64,000 bases of DNA from an uncultured delta proteobacterium (GCA_963737905.1 CAVTUQ010000007.1:32001-96000); one strand, 5' to 3'; counted from the first letter of the stretch, positions 33,870 to 44,313 are shown. Program-made: numbers and translations. The notes: generated by a model from the letters alone, not told the origin.

Positions 33870-35018
33870 TTAAGTTTTTGGCCCAATATTGCCCGGTCCA
33901 GTCTCTTCGTTTTGTGACACTGCCGGATCCGAGTTTGGACTGGTGGCGATCCAACCCATGAAGATTTGATACCCAAGCGCCAACAACGTCGCGCCGACAA
34001 ACATTCCTAAAATTCCGCCGCTCGCCATACCGCCCAATGCGCCGAGCAGGATCACCGGCATGGGCGCGTCGACGCCGCGACCCAGCATCAGCGGTTTCAA
34101 GACGTTGTCAGCCATGCCGGTCAGCAGCAGGATGATGGTATGTGTGATCGCCGCCGCGGTGCCGTAATCACCACTCGACCAGATGTAAATGATGACTGGA
34201 ACCGTCACGATTAGGGCTGGCACTTGGGCAATACCCAATACGAGCGCGATGGCCGACAACACGCCCGCCGCCGGTACGCCGGCGAGCAGCAGCGCCAACC
34301 CGATGAGGATTGCCTGAATGAAGGCGACGCCGATGACGCCTAGCGCGACGGCGCGGATGGTTGCCGTGGAGAGTTTGGCGAGGGCCTCGCCTCTCGCGGC
34401 GCCAGCGACACGAACGAAAATCGCCCGGCTGCCGCGCGCGCCTGATTCACCGTATGCCATCAGGATGCTGGCGACGAGGAATGAGACTAGAAACAGCAAC
34501 AGGCCGCTGCCAATGCTTGCGACCATAGCAACTGCTTTCTGGGCCAATTCGCCGATCTTCGGTTGCATGCTCCGCACGAATCCGGGCAGGTCGGTATGAG
34601 CTTTCGACCAGACATCGTGGATCTGCTTGCCAACCAGCGGCCATTTCTCAACGCCCTCTCGCGGGGCGGGTATTGCGAGCGTGTTTTGTTGCACAGCGCC
34701 GATAAAATGACGAACGGAGTCGGCAAACGAATTCATCAGCAACGCCATCGGAGTGATGATCAACAAAAGGCCGACGATCACCAGAATAGTCGAGGCGAGC
34801 CATTGCTTCCCGCCAACTTTGTGGGCGAGCCATTGGTGCAACGGATACAACGTCACCGCCAAGATGATTGACCAGACCATCAGCGTCAGAAATGGCGAAA
34901 AGACTTGGTAGCACAGCACCGCCAGCACGCCAATCAAACCCGCGCGAATCAACACATCCAGCAGAGAGGACGACGCTCGCTGTTCCAATTCGGAATCTGC
35001 CTGTGGAAGGGGATTCAT
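33870..35018 (-). CDS. AI-2E family transporter
   Basis: Multi-TM; DNVLKPLMLG, LLGALGG..GILGMFVGA motifs. Confidence 0.9.
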   Translation of the reverse strand: MNPLPQADSELEQRASSSLLDVLIRAGLIGVLAVLCYQVFSPFLTLMVWSIILAVTLYPLHQWLAHKVGGKQWLASTILVIVGLLLIITPMALLMNSFADSVRHFIGAVQQNTLAIPAPREGVEKWPLVGKQIHDVWSKAHTDLPGFVRSMQPKIGELAQKAVAMVASIGSGLLLFLVSFLVASILMAYGESGARGSRAIFVRVAGAARGEALAKLSTATIRAVALGVIGVAFIQAILIGLALLLAGVPAAGVLSAIALVLGIAQVPALIVTVPVIIYIWSSGDYGTAAAITHTIILLLTGMADNVLKPLMLGRGVDAPMPVILLGALGGMASGGILGMFVGATLLALGYQIFMGWIATSPNSDPAVSQNEETGPGNIGPKT

Positions 35019-35123
35019 TGGTTTTATCCTCTTGCGAGGTTGAATCGGCCGCCCTCAGTGTACTACGTAAGAATGGCGAGTAAACAGTCGTATGAGTCAT
35101 CGCCACCTGTTTTGCCTCAGGCG

Positions 35124-35202
35124 GCCTAACGCCAGGCTGAGAAGCCACGCCTGGCGAGCGCAGCGAGCAGGGCGTAGGTCTTCCTCAAACCGATGGTTAG
35201 CT
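35124..35202 (-). mobile_element. attC integron cassette recombination site (79 bp)
   Basis: Minus strand AGCTAAC ... GTTAGGC ends with an internal imperfect palindrome, starting immediately after the brnA stop. Confidence 0.72.
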
Positions 35203-35203
35203 T

Positions 35204-35454
35204 TCAGTTTTGGCTCGCAAGTTCTTCGCGCACAATCTTGCGGACCATTTCTTCCGTAACGGGCTTCGCCGTCAGACCCAGATAAGAGTTCAGCGCGTCG
35301 TTGATTAGGGTCTGGTATCCTTTTCCGGTTTTTTGGATTGAGCCTTGAAACGTTCCAGAACCCCGTCGTCAAGATAAATCGTGATGCGCGTTTTCCCAAC
35401 CTGGGGGATTACCGCTCCGCGTCTACCCTTGGAAAAGTTATACTCCCTTTTCAT
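35204..35454 (-). CDS. brnA: BrnA-family antitoxin (frameshift in the A-run near 35330)
   Basis: MKREYNFSKGRRG..KTRITIYLDD.VL..FK, then GKGYQTLINDAL in the shifted frame. Confidence 0.82.
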
Positions 35455-35725
35455 AACTCCTTCTCTCCTTCGGTGTTGGATTACGAACCGAAATGATGCG
35501 CGCATCGTCGCCCCGAGGTGTCCGACCGCAACCATCAATGTGCCGAATGTGTTCGCCCCCAGGGTCACGAACGCTTGCTCTCCCTCGGGCCGAGTGAATA
35601 CTTCGATTGTGACGGCGAGGGGATCACTCAAGAAACGCCATCTTCCTTCGGCAAGTCTAGCCACCGTGCTAACTTGAGATTTTCCGCATCCTTGTTAGGG
35701 GAGTCACAAAGTTGCTCGTCACTCG
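35438..35725 (-). pseudogene. brnT: BrnT-family toxin, multiply disrupted
   Basis: Fragments PNKDAENLK, DPLAVTIE, GEQ.FVTLG, RGDDARIISVR..TPKE in different frames; overlaps the brnA start. Confidence 0.7.
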
Positions 35726-36197
35726 GCAAGTGATGCATATGATGCATGTATTGCAGGCGCGCGCAAGACTACGGGAAAGGAAGACGTATATGGAAGACTA
35801 ACCATAGAGTATACTGACTACCGATATTGGGTATCGCCGAAGTGAATAAAATAAAATTGGTACTCTCTCAATCAATTAAGTTGTCAATTATTCATTTTCG
35901 CAGGTATATCCAATCGTGGTCAGTATAGCATCAATATACCTGCGTAGCGGCAATCTGATTCACAGGCCGTCGGCCGGACTGCGAACGCCTTGGCCGCCTC
36001 GATTCAACACCTGCGGATGGAGCTCGTAGTGCGCACGTCTTTCGCCCGGAGTCTGTATACATCTCCGTCACACATTTTTGCAGAAGCAAATCGGTTGGTG
36101 CGCTCTATATGCTGTGATTCATTGACACTATCTCGGGATTTCCATATACCCTAGCGGTAAGCGAAATTAGAGTCTTCTCGAAGGAGGTTTCGCGGAC

Positions 36198-37110
36198 ATG
36201 ATGCCGGCGCATGATAATTTTTATGACGTTTATTCGAAGGCTAAGAAGATCAAAATCAAGTGGCCGAACAATGCCAGGATGGCGATTGCTTTGGCGGGGA
36301 ATCTGGAAGCCTGGACTGAGATTCCGAATCCCAAGCATCGGCGGACACATCATGTCGGCGGGTCGAATCCGATCAAGGAAGATGATGTCGTTTCCCTCTA
36401 CGATTGCCGGACGGCAAGTGAGAACGATTACGGCGGAAGGACGGGTGTCTGGCGCATCCTGCGGATCTTGGATAAGTACGGCGTGAAGGCTTCCTTCAAT
36501 ACCAATGCGCTATGCATTCATCGCTATCCCGAGGCGGTGAAAGCCGTCCATGAGCGAGGCCATGAAATCGTCGGCCATTCTTATGCAGAGGATCTTCAGT
36601 TGATTCATCTCACGGAAGAGCAGGAACGAGAAGAGATCCGCACCTGTGCCAAGATGTTTCAGGACTTCGTCGGCGTGAAGATCACAGGTTGGCTCACTTC
36701 CGGGATGCGCCACACGGAGCGGACCTTGGGAATCTTGGCCGATGAAGGGTTTTCTGTGGCACGGCGACGCCGTCAACGACGACAATCCCTATCCGGTAAA
36801 CATCAAGGGCAAGACGATGATCATCGTGCCGTACAAAAACGCGGTCAGTGGGCTGAACGATACGGGCATGTATCGGAGAGGCATCACGGCGCGGGATGTT
36901 TTCAACTCGTTTAAAGATGAATTCGATCTGCTTTACGAAGAGTCGGCCGAAGACCCCAAGATGCTGACCCTGGCGATGCACTGCCAGATGGCTTTTCCGG
37001 CGACGGGCAAGATTTACGATGAGGCGATCAAGTATGCCAAGTCGTTTTCGGATGTCTGGTTCGCCAAGCGAATCGAGATCGTCAATTGGGTGAAGGAAAA
37101 TTGTCTGTGA
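36198..37110 (+). CDS. Polysaccharide deacetylase (CE4, PuuE-like) family protein (frameshift near 36750)
   Basis: WPNNARMA, DYGGRTGVWRIL, GHEIVGHSY; DDNPY and KMLTLAMH in second ORF. Confidence 0.85.
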
Positions 37111-37126
37111 AGGGTAGTCCCATTTT

Positions 37127-37164
37127 CACCCTCACCTCACTCCTCTCCCGTCAAGGGAGAGGAG
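37127..37164. repeat. REP-like palindromic element
   Basis: caccctcacctca + ctcctctccc-gtcaa-gggagaggag perfect 10-bp stem. Confidence 0.65.
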
Positions 37165-37202
37165 GTAAATGCTCTAAGGGGTGAATAAGCGAGGAGGCTG
37201 CT

Positions 37203-38579
37203 ATGTGCGATACGGCTGATGATGGCGTGGGGATAAGCAATTCTGTTCCGGGAGAGGAGCGATTGAAACGCGTTGGGCTTCGCTCCGCCGATCTTTCAGA
37301 ATTAATGCCGTTTGCGCGCCAGCTGGCGAATGGGCGCGAGAACCGCGATAGCCATATCGGGTTCGTCGGCTATAACAAAACCGTGCCGGGCAACAAGGTG
37401 CTCATCGCCGTGGATCGGGAGTACGATCAGGCTGTGCCCAATGCGGTGGCTGCAGCGCTCAGGGAGAAGGGCGCACATGTCGATATTTTGATCGCCGATA
37501 TGGGCGATCCCAACCGCGAGTTCGATTATCTGGACGAGGTCGAGGTCATCATGCGCCGCGAGCCCTGGGATAAAAATCCCAGGCGCTGGGAGGGGATGCC
37601 GTACATCGAGGACTTCGCACTGCGGCGCGGCTACGATTTGCTGATCCACGGCAAAGGCGGACCCATTCCCAAGACGGATTTTCGTTACGAGCAGATCCCG
37701 TGGTTGCGCCCCGAGCATTTCCTCCAGCGCTCGACGACCTATCCGTTGGACTTACACTTGCTCATTAACAAGAAAACCTGGGACCCGATCTGGGAGTACG
37801 GACGAGGGGGACGCGCGAGTCTCACGGATGCGGAGGGCACGGATATTTCATGGACCTATTGGGATGAATACTACGACGGCACCCGGTATGGGTTTTCCTC
37901 AACGCCCCGCAACGGTCATCTCTTCGGCCACCCGGTACCGCCCATCATCGCCAAAGAAAACGCTGCGGGTGTGGTTGCCGGGACGACGAGCCATTTTTCC
38001 CGGGCGTTTCCGCAAGTCAAAGTCGAGCTGGATGGCGGACAGATCGTAAAGGTTATGGGTGGCGCTGCTTACGGTGATACATGGCGGGATTTATTGGAAG
38101 AGAGCAAGCGCACTCAGTATCCTTGCTTCCCGCGACCGGGATTATTTTATCTTTGGGAAGTTGCCATCGGCACCAATCCAAAGATCATGAGACCCAGTCA
38201 CATCGAACTCCATTCCTCCGGTGGATTTGAATGGGAGCGCCGCCGCTCCGGCGTGATCCACATGGGCTTCGGCACGCTCTGGCGCTCCGAAGAGGAGAAA
38301 TGGGCGGGCGAAAACGGAATCCTCTATGGTCATTTGCATATTCATCTCTTATTCGCGACGTTCACGATTACCACCAAAAGCGGGAAGGATTATACGATCA
38401 TTCGCAACGGCCGTCTGACGGCGCTGGACGATCCCGAAGTGCGAAAATTCGCCGAGAAATACGGCGATCCGGATGATCTTCTTAGAGAAGACTGGATTCC
38501 CCAGATTCCGGGGATAACGGCCGCCGGCTCTTACGACGAGTACGCGCGAAATCCCGGGGCGTGGATCTATAACCGGTAG
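37203..38579 (+). CDS. Hypothetical protein with M29-aminopeptidase/NicX-like C-terminal metal motifs
   Basis: RBS aggagg; EVAIGTNPK, ERRRSGVIHMGFG, GHLHIH. Confidence 0.65.
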   Translation: MCDTADDGVGISNSVPGEERLKRVGLRSADLSELMPFARQLANGRENRDSHIGFVGYNKTVPGNKVLIAVDREYDQAVPNAVAAALREKGAHVDILIADMGDPNREFDYLDEVEVIMRREPWDKNPRRWEGMPYIEDFALRRGYDLLIHGKGGPIPKTDFRYEQIPWLRPEHFLQRSTTYPLDLHLLINKKTWDPIWEYGRGGRASLTDAEGTDISWTYWDEYYDGTRYGFSSTPRNGHLFGHPVPPIIAKENAAGVVAGTTSHFSRAFPQVKVELDGGQIVKVMGGAAYGDTWRDLLEESKRTQYPCFPRPGLFYLWEVAIGTNPKIMRPSHIELHSSGGFEWERRRSGVIHMGFGTLWRSEEEKWAGENGILYGHLHIHLLFATFTITTKSGKDYTIIRNGRLTALDDPEVRKFAEKYGDPDDLLREDWIPQIPGITAAGSYDEYARNPGAWIYNR

Positions 38580-38643
38580 TTTCGAGTTTCGGGTTCCGAG
38601 TTCCAGGTTTGAACCCGAAACGCGAGACCCGAAACCCGAAACG
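38578..38643. repeat. 7-bp periodic inverted repeat
   Basis: gtttcga gtttcgg gttccga gttccag versus aacccga aacgcga gacccga aacccga. Confidence 0.75.
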
Positions 38644-38727
38644 TTCTGCCTATCTACCATTGCCGGTTTTGCCTCTTGAAGTCGTGGGTAGGGGTGGATA
38701 TGATCCGAGCAAAGGAGATTTTCACGC

Positions 38728-40125
38728 ATGGGCGGACGGACACTCTACGACAAGATTTGGGAATCTCACACCGTCGGGATTCTATCCACCGGGCAAATTC
38801 AGCTCTTCATCGGACTGCACCTCATTCACGAAATTACCACGGCACCAGCCTTCGACATGCTGCGCGAGCAGGGCATGGACGTGGCATTTCCAGAAAGGAC
38901 TTTCGCGACGGTCGATCACATCGTGCCCACGCATGTTCGAACCCGGCCGTTTCTTGATTCCGAGGCGGAAGAATTAATTCAGGCCTTAGAGAAGAACGTC
39001 AAACAGTTTGGTGTGGAGTTTTTCGGTTTGGACCACCAGAACCAAGGCATCGTCCACGTCATCGGGCCGCAGTTGGGCTTGACCCAACCCGGAATGACGC
39101 TTGCCTGCGGTGACAGCCACACGAGCACGCACGGCGCGTTTGGCACGCTTGCCTTCGGGATTGGAACCAGCCAGGTGCGTGACGTTTTGGCCACGCAGAC
39201 GTTGGCGATGGATAAGCTCAAGGTGCGGCGAATTAGCGTCAACGGAGCTCTTGGGACCGGTGTCTACGCCAAAGATGTGATCCTCAACACGATACGGCGA
39301 TTGGGTGTTGCCGGCGGGAAAGGCTTTGCGTACGAGTATGGCGGCGCCGTGATCGACAAGATGAATATGGAAGAGCGCATGACCGTCTGCAACATGAGCA
39401 TCGAGGGAGGGGCTTTAGTCGGCTACGTCAATCCTGATCAGACGACCTTCGACTATCTCAAGGGGCGGCCTTATGTGCCGACCGGGCAGGCATTCGATCG
39501 CGCGGTAGCGTACTGGAAGTCCGTCGCATCCGATCCGGATGCGAGATATGACGACGTTGTGAATTACGAGGGAAAAGATATTGAACCCACTGTGACCTGG
39601 GGTATCAATCCGGGGCAGGCGGTGGGCATTTCTGAAAAACTTCCGAAGCCTGAGGAATACTCCGACCCCGATGGAGCAAAAAAGGCATACGAGCATATGG
39701 GATGGCAGCAGGGAGCGCCGATACTCGGCACGCCCATCAATGTGGCGTTCGTGGGCTCTTGCACAAACTCGCGTATGACCGACCTGCGCGCGGCCGCCAG
39801 GATTGCTAAAGGTAGAAAAGTCAAATCCGGGATTCGCGCCCTGGTGGTTCCAGGTTCGGCGGAGGTTAAGAAGCTTGCCGAACAGGAAGGGTTGCACGAG
39901 ATTTTCAAGGAAGCGGGATTCGAATGGCGCGAGGCAGGTTGCTCGATGTGCCTGGCGATGAATCCCGACAAGCTGAATGGTCGCGAAATTTGCGCCTCCT
40001 CGTCGAACCGTAACTTCATCGGGCGCCAAGGGAGTCCCGGTGGCCGCACCTTGCTCATGAGTCCGGCGATGGTCGCGGCGGCGGCTTTGAACGGCAAGGT
40101 TGTCGACGTGCGTGAGTATCAGTAG
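38728..40125 (+). CDS. leuC: 3-isopropylmalate dehydratase large subunit
   Basis: [37 protein letters not shown]. Confidence 0.97.
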   Translation: MGGRTLYDKIWESHTVGILSTGQIQLFIGLHLIHEITTAPAFDMLREQGMDVAFPERTFATVDHIVPTHVRTRPFLDSEAEELIQALEKNVKQFGVEFFGLDHQNQGIVHVIGPQLGLTQPGMTLACGDSHTSTHGAFGTLAFGIGTSQVRDVLATQTLAMDKLKVRRISVNGALGTGVYAKDVILNTIRRLGVAGGKGFAYEYGGAVIDKMNMEERMTVCNMSIEGGALVGYVNPDQTTFDYLKGRPYVPTGQAFDRAVAYWKSVASDPDARYDDVVNYEGKDIEPTVTWGINPGQAVGISEKLPKPEEYSDPDGAKKAYEHMGWQQGAPILGTPINVAFVGSCTNSRMTDLRAAARIAKGRKVKSGIRALVVPGSAEVKKLAEQEGLHEIFKEAGFEWREAGCSMCLAMNPDKLNGREICASSSNRNFIGRQGSPGGRTLLMSPAMVAAAALNGKVVDVREYQ

Positions 40126-40135
40126 GCGATGGACC

Positions 40136-40750
40136 ATGAGTGAAATTGTCAAGATCACAAAAGTCACAGGCACAGCGGTTCCCATCAAGGGCAACGATAT
40201 TGACACCGACCGAATTATCCCGGCCCGTTATTTGAAAGAAGTGACGTTTGCGCGCATGGGGGACTATCCCTTTTTTGACGAGCGCTTCGATCCGTCGGGC
40301 AAGAAAAAAGATCATCCGTTGAACGATCCGGAATACAAGGGTGCTTCGCTTCTTTTCGTGAACAAGAATTTCGGTTGCGGCTCGTCACGTGAGCATGCGC
40401 CTCAGGCGCTCTACCGTTTCGGCATTCAAGCCATCGTCGGTGAGTCCTTCGCGGCGATTTTTGCGGGTAATTGTACGATCATGGGAGTTCCCACGGTTAC
40501 CGTCAGCGCAAAGGAGATGGAACTGTTGATGAAAAGCGTCGAGGAAAACCCGCGCATCGAATACACAGTCGATCTGGAAAGCAAAACTCTTTCATATGGC
40601 AATCACAAGATCGCAATAGATTTACCCCAGACTTATCGCAATGCGCTTACGACCGGCTCGTGGGATTCCACCAGCATGCTGCGGGCCAATCTCGAACAGG
40701 TCAGGAAGACTGCGTCTAAATTGCCCTACATGAATCGTTTTGCCAGCTGA
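40136..40750 (+). CDS. leuD: 3-isopropylmalate dehydratase small subunit
   Basis: DIDTDRIIP, NFGCGSSREHAP, SFAAIF. Confidence 0.96.
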   Translation: MSEIVKITKVTGTAVPIKGNDIDTDRIIPARYLKEVTFARMGDYPFFDERFDPSGKKKDHPLNDPEYKGASLLFVNKNFGCGSSREHAPQALYRFGIQAIVGESFAAIFAGNCTIMGVPTVTVSAKEMELLMKSVEENPRIEYTVDLESKTLSYGNHKIAIDLPQTYRNALTTGSWDSTSMLRANLEQVRKTASKLPYMNRFAS

Positions 40751-40861
40751 AGCCCGATTGTTTTTTGCCGCCAATCCCGATTTCTTTTCTTGGCGCTTCC
40801 GAACCGATGTGAGGTTCGGATCGCATTTAATCAATTCAATATATCCTTAGGAGGGTTGATC

Positions 40862-41167
40862 ATGGCGAACAAATGGGATGAGAGAAAAAAGGCGCAAGAG
40901 GACGAATACTTCGTCAAGCAGGAAAGAGAGCTGCTGGCTAAGCTAAAGGCAAAGCAAGAAGTCGAGTCTAAATCGTCGCTGCAGAAAACCTGTTATATGC
41001 ACTGTCCAAAGTGCGGCGAGCCTTTGAAAGCGAGAAGCTTCCAAAAGATCGAGATCGACCAATGCACGGGGTGCAACGGCATCTGGCTGGACGCCGGCGA
41101 GCTCGAACAAGTAGCGGGCAAGGACGAGGGTAGTTGGCTGGGCAAGTTCTGGCAAAAGAACGGATAG
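40862..41167 (+). CDS. zf-TFIIB zinc-ribbon protein
   Basis: EDEYF helix, then CPKC..IDQCTGC.GIWLDAGELE. Confidence 0.85.
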   Translation: MANKWDERKKAQEDEYFVKQERELLAKLKAKQEVESKSSLQKTCYMHCPKCGEPLKARSFQKIEIDQCTGCNGIWLDAGELEQVAGKDEGSWLGKFWQKNG

Positions 41168-41255
41168 GTGTTGGTTTGTCTCTTGACAGAAGGGGGACAA
41201 CTTTCGGATAGTTGCGTTCGCGTCGATTCCTAACTGAACCAAGGAGGGGTTCCAT

Positions 41256-41858
41256 ATGAAAAACATCAAAACTTTTTTAGCGGCGGGCCTTTTTAGTTTC
41301 GCAATCGCGATTGCGGGGTTGGCGTTGCAGCCTTCCAGTGGGTGGGCTCAGGCGGCGCAAAAGTATAACGATGAAGGGAAAAAAATCGTTCCTTATGTGC
41401 CGACGCCCCAGGAAGTCGTGGAACGCATGTTGGAACTAGCCCAGGTTAAAAAAGGGGACGTGGTGTATGACCTTGGTTCCGGCGACGGCAGAATCGTTGT
41501 CACCGCCGCAAAGAAGTACGGTGTCAGGGCCATCGGTTTTGAAATCGACCCGGAACGCATCAAAGAATCCGCTGAGAATATCAAAAAGGCGGGTGTCGGC
41601 GACTTGGTGGAGATCCGCCAGCAGGATATCCGGACCGTAGATCTATCTCCAGCTTCGGTTTTGACGATGTATCTCCTTCCCGAGGTGAACCTGATGATCC
41701 GGCCCAATATTTGGAAGCAGATGAAACCCGGCTCCCGGGTGGTTTCCCATGACTTCGACATGGGTGACTGGAAGCCGCTCAAGACCGAGCATCTTAAAGA
41801 CGGTTCGAGTTGGGATCACACGCTTTATCTCTGGCACGTAGAAGCCGTCAAGAAATAA
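41256..41858 (+). CDS. Class I SAM-dependent methyltransferase with N-terminal signal peptide
   Basis: VPYVPTP, YDLGSGDGR, RVVSHDF. Confidence 0.88.
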   Translation: MKNIKTFLAAGLFSFAIAIAGLALQPSSGWAQAAQKYNDEGKKIVPYVPTPQEVVERMLELAQVKKGDVVYDLGSGDGRIVVTAAKKYGVRAIGFEIDPERIKESAENIKKAGVGDLVEIRQQDIRTVDLSPASVLTMYLLPEVNLMIRPNIWKQMKPGSRVVSHDFDMGDWKPLKTEHLKDGSSWDHTLYLWHVEAVKK

Positions 41859-42248
41859 ACGCCGCAGGGAAAGCGAAAAAGGCAACGAACGCGCTCATCG
41901 GCGCCCTCGAAGAACATTGGCGGAAGTTCGATGGCTCGGTTCGGCTCTCTGGTTCGGCTTTTTCATCAGGGCTGCCTGCCCGATGCTGCGAGAAAGCAGC
42001 GCAAAAATTGCTGACCTGATTTTCACCTTGTTTGAAACGCGCGGCTGTTTGTTGACAATTTCGGTTGCATTGGGTCGAGTTTTATCCCCCCAGGAAGTTT
42101 CCTCCACATTCAGGGTCTTCTAGACATTTCCGGCGGTGATCGGCATTAAAGGTTTTTCCTTGAGTGCCGAATCTGAGATTTGCGGGCAGCATTTTTACGA
42201 ATTGAGAAAATGGGGGCAACCCCGAGGAATAGAAGGAGGGAATGTGCG

Positions 42249-42452
42249 ATGGAAGAAATTCTTACCGCGTCCCAGGTGGCGCACTTGCTCCAGGTGCATC
42301 CACGAACGGTTTACAAATTAGTCAAGCAAGGTTCCATCCCGGGCAGAAAATTCGGCGGTGGGTGGCGTTTCAGCAAGGGTGAAATCATGCAGATGATTTC
42401 GCCGCAAGGAGCCGACCGATCGACGCAGCCTCGAAGTGGAGACGAAGGGTAG
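42249..42452 (+). CDS. Excisionase-like helix-turn-helix (HTH_17) DNA-binding protein
   Basis: LTASQVAHLLQVHPRTVYKLV..G.IPG.K.GG.WRF; RBS aggagg. Confidence 0.85.
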   Translation: MEEILTASQVAHLLQVHPRTVYKLVKQGSIPGRKFGGGWRFSKGEIMQMISPQGADRSTQPRSGDEG

Positions 42453-42586
42453 CGAGGCCTTCGCTGTCTCCCGGTTCCTTGAACCCATGTTTCGACACGG
42501 GCCCTTGACTTCCGCTGGCTCCAAACGCTAGGAAGAATCCATCACAACATGCACCGACTCTTCTTGGAGTCAGTTAGGAAGATTGT

Positions 42587-43762
42587 ATGGATGGAGCTCT
42601 TTCAGGGATTAAAGTTGTCGAGGCGGCGAGCTATGTCACCGGGCCCTTTGCGTCTCAACTCCTGGCGGATATGGGGGCGGAGGTCGTCAAGATCGAGGAG
42701 CCGAAACGGGGAGACCCGTTTCGCGGCTGGGGCGAGAGGAACTATGCCGCGACATTCTGCAGCTTAAACCGCAACAAGAAAAGCGTGACGTTGGATCTGC
42801 GTACGGACGAAGGACGTGACATTGCCTTCAAGTTAATGGGCAACGCCGATGTGGTGATCCAAAACTTTCGCCCCGGAGTCATGGACAAACGCGGCTTGGG
42901 CTACGACGATATCAAAAAGGTTAATCCTAAGATTGTCTACTGTTCGATTTCCGGTTTTGGGCCTAAGGGCCCGTATCGCGACATGCCGGGGTATGACACG
43001 ATCGGGCAGGCGAGAAGCGGACTGTTGAGTCTCCTGACTGACCCTGGGAAGCCCCAGGGTATGGGGATTTCCTTTTCCGATCATCTAACCGGGATGTATG
43101 CGTGTTATGGAGTTTTGAGCGCGCTGGTGAATCGCATGTCAACTGGCGAAGGGCAGCACGTGGAAACGTCGCTGCTGCGCGCCTCGGTTTCGTTCGTGAG
43201 CGAAAACGCCGCCCGCTATTTTGAAACCGGGCATGTGCCGCGCCGCAAGCACCGGACCACCACGGCGGGTGTTTTCGCTTTCGAAGACCAGGACGGCTTG
43301 GCCTTTGTGCTCCATATGTCCTCACCCGACAAATTCTGGCTCGGCTTGTTCGACGTGGTGGGCAAGCCAGAATGGGCGCAAGATCCTCGATTCAATAATC
43401 GCAAAGGGCGGGTTGAGAATTATGATACGTTAGTCGAGCAGTTGCAGCCCATCTTCCGCGGCGGACAGCGGGAGGAATGGCTGCGCCGTCTGTTCGAAAA
43501 GGATGTTCCCGCGGCGCCGATCAACACGCTTGACGAAGTTTTCGCCGACCCACAAGTGAGAGAGTACGGGTTTCCGGTGGAAGTCGAGCATCCGAAGATG
43601 GGTAAGATGAAATTGATCGGCAACGCCGTCGACATGAGCCGTACGCCCCCGACCATTCACCAGCCGCCGCCGGTGCTCGGAGAGCATACGGAGGAGGTCC
43701 TTAGCGCGCTCGGTTATAACGCGGCTAATATCCCGTCGCTACGATCAAAAGGAGTCATCTAG
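42587..43762 (+). CDS. CaiB/BaiF family III CoA-transferase
   Basis: LADMGAEVVKIE, NRNKKS, NFRPG, SISGFG, GYD, PVLGEHT. Confidence 0.93.
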   Translation: MDGALSGIKVVEAASYVTGPFASQLLADMGAEVVKIEEPKRGDPFRGWGERNYAATFCSLNRNKKSVTLDLRTDEGRDIAFKLMGNADVVIQNFRPGVMDKRGLGYDDIKKVNPKIVYCSISGFGPKGPYRDMPGYDTIGQARSGLLSLLTDPGKPQGMGISFSDHLTGMYACYGVLSALVNRMSTGEGQHVETSLLRASVSFVSENAARYFETGHVPRRKHRTTTAGVFAFEDQDGLAFVLHMSSPDKFWLGLFDVVGKPEWAQDPRFNNRKGRVENYDTLVEQLQPIFRGGQREEWLRRLFEKDVPAAPINTLDEVFADPQVREYGFPVEVEHPKMGKMKLIGNAVDMSRTPPTIHQPPPVLGEHTEEVLSALGYNAANIPSLRSKGVI

Positions 43763-43764
43763 AC

Positions 43765-43818
43765 GGATTGGAGTAATGGAGTAATGCAGTATCGGTTTGC
43801 ATTACTCCAACGTTCCAT
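43765..43818. repeat. 8-bp periodic inverted repeat (tggagtaa / ttactcca)
   Basis: tggagtaa tggagtaa tgcagtat ... gcattactcca; same family as 46029-46101. Confidence 0.65.
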
Positions 43819-43848
43819 CCGTCCAATCTCCAGTTGTCGTCATTCATT

Positions 43849-44313
43849 ATGCGCCACGCCAGTTTGGTTCCCCTGTCCCAAGACCACCACCACGGTCTTG
43901 CTCTGGCGCTCAAGTGTCGGAAACAAGCGCTGGGGCAAATCAGGCCGATGGGGGCGGAGGGGCTCCGGGAAAGAGCAAGAGAGTTCTTGGTCTTTTACGA
44001 GAGCAATCTGGTTCCACACTTTCGAGCGGAAGAGGAGGTCTTGTTCCCATTGCTCCGGTCGGCAGTCCCGGCGAGCGAGGAGATGATCGACGAGTTGGTG
44101 CAAAATCATGCGCAGATCCGCCAAGCGACCCCTCAACTGGAAGCGGGAACGGGTCTTGCCAAGTTGATCTTCGACTTGGGCGATCTCCTAGAGCGTCACA
44201 TTCGCAAGGAAGAGCGGGAGTTATTTCCACTCTTCGAGCAACACGTGGATAGAGAGAAGGCCGAAATCGCTGGGGTAGAGATGAAGAAGATTTTGCAATC
44301 CGCATCTATATGA
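43849..44313 (+). CDS. Hemerythrin/HHE domain protein
   Basis: LSQDHHHGL, HFRAEEEVLFP, HIRKEERELFP. Confidence 0.88.
   Translation: MRHASLVPLSQDHHHGLALALKCRKQALGQIRPMGAEGLRERAREFLVFYESNLVPHFRAEEEVLFPLLRSAVPASEEMIDELVQNHAQIRQATPQLEAGTGLAKLIFDLGDLLERHIRKEERELFPLFEQHVDREKAEIAGVEMKKILQSASI

Noticed and set aside
39415-40206. 263-aa minus-strand ORF, and similar long ORFs at 5857-6642, 12736-13374, 32912-33622 and 53821-54564
   Set aside because: All lie antisense to well-supported genes, as expected in GC-rich coding DNA
42249-42452. Excisionase-like HTH as a marker of a prophage or ICE
   Set aside because: No integrase, att site, tRNA or phage genes nearby; stand-alone HTH_17 regulators are common
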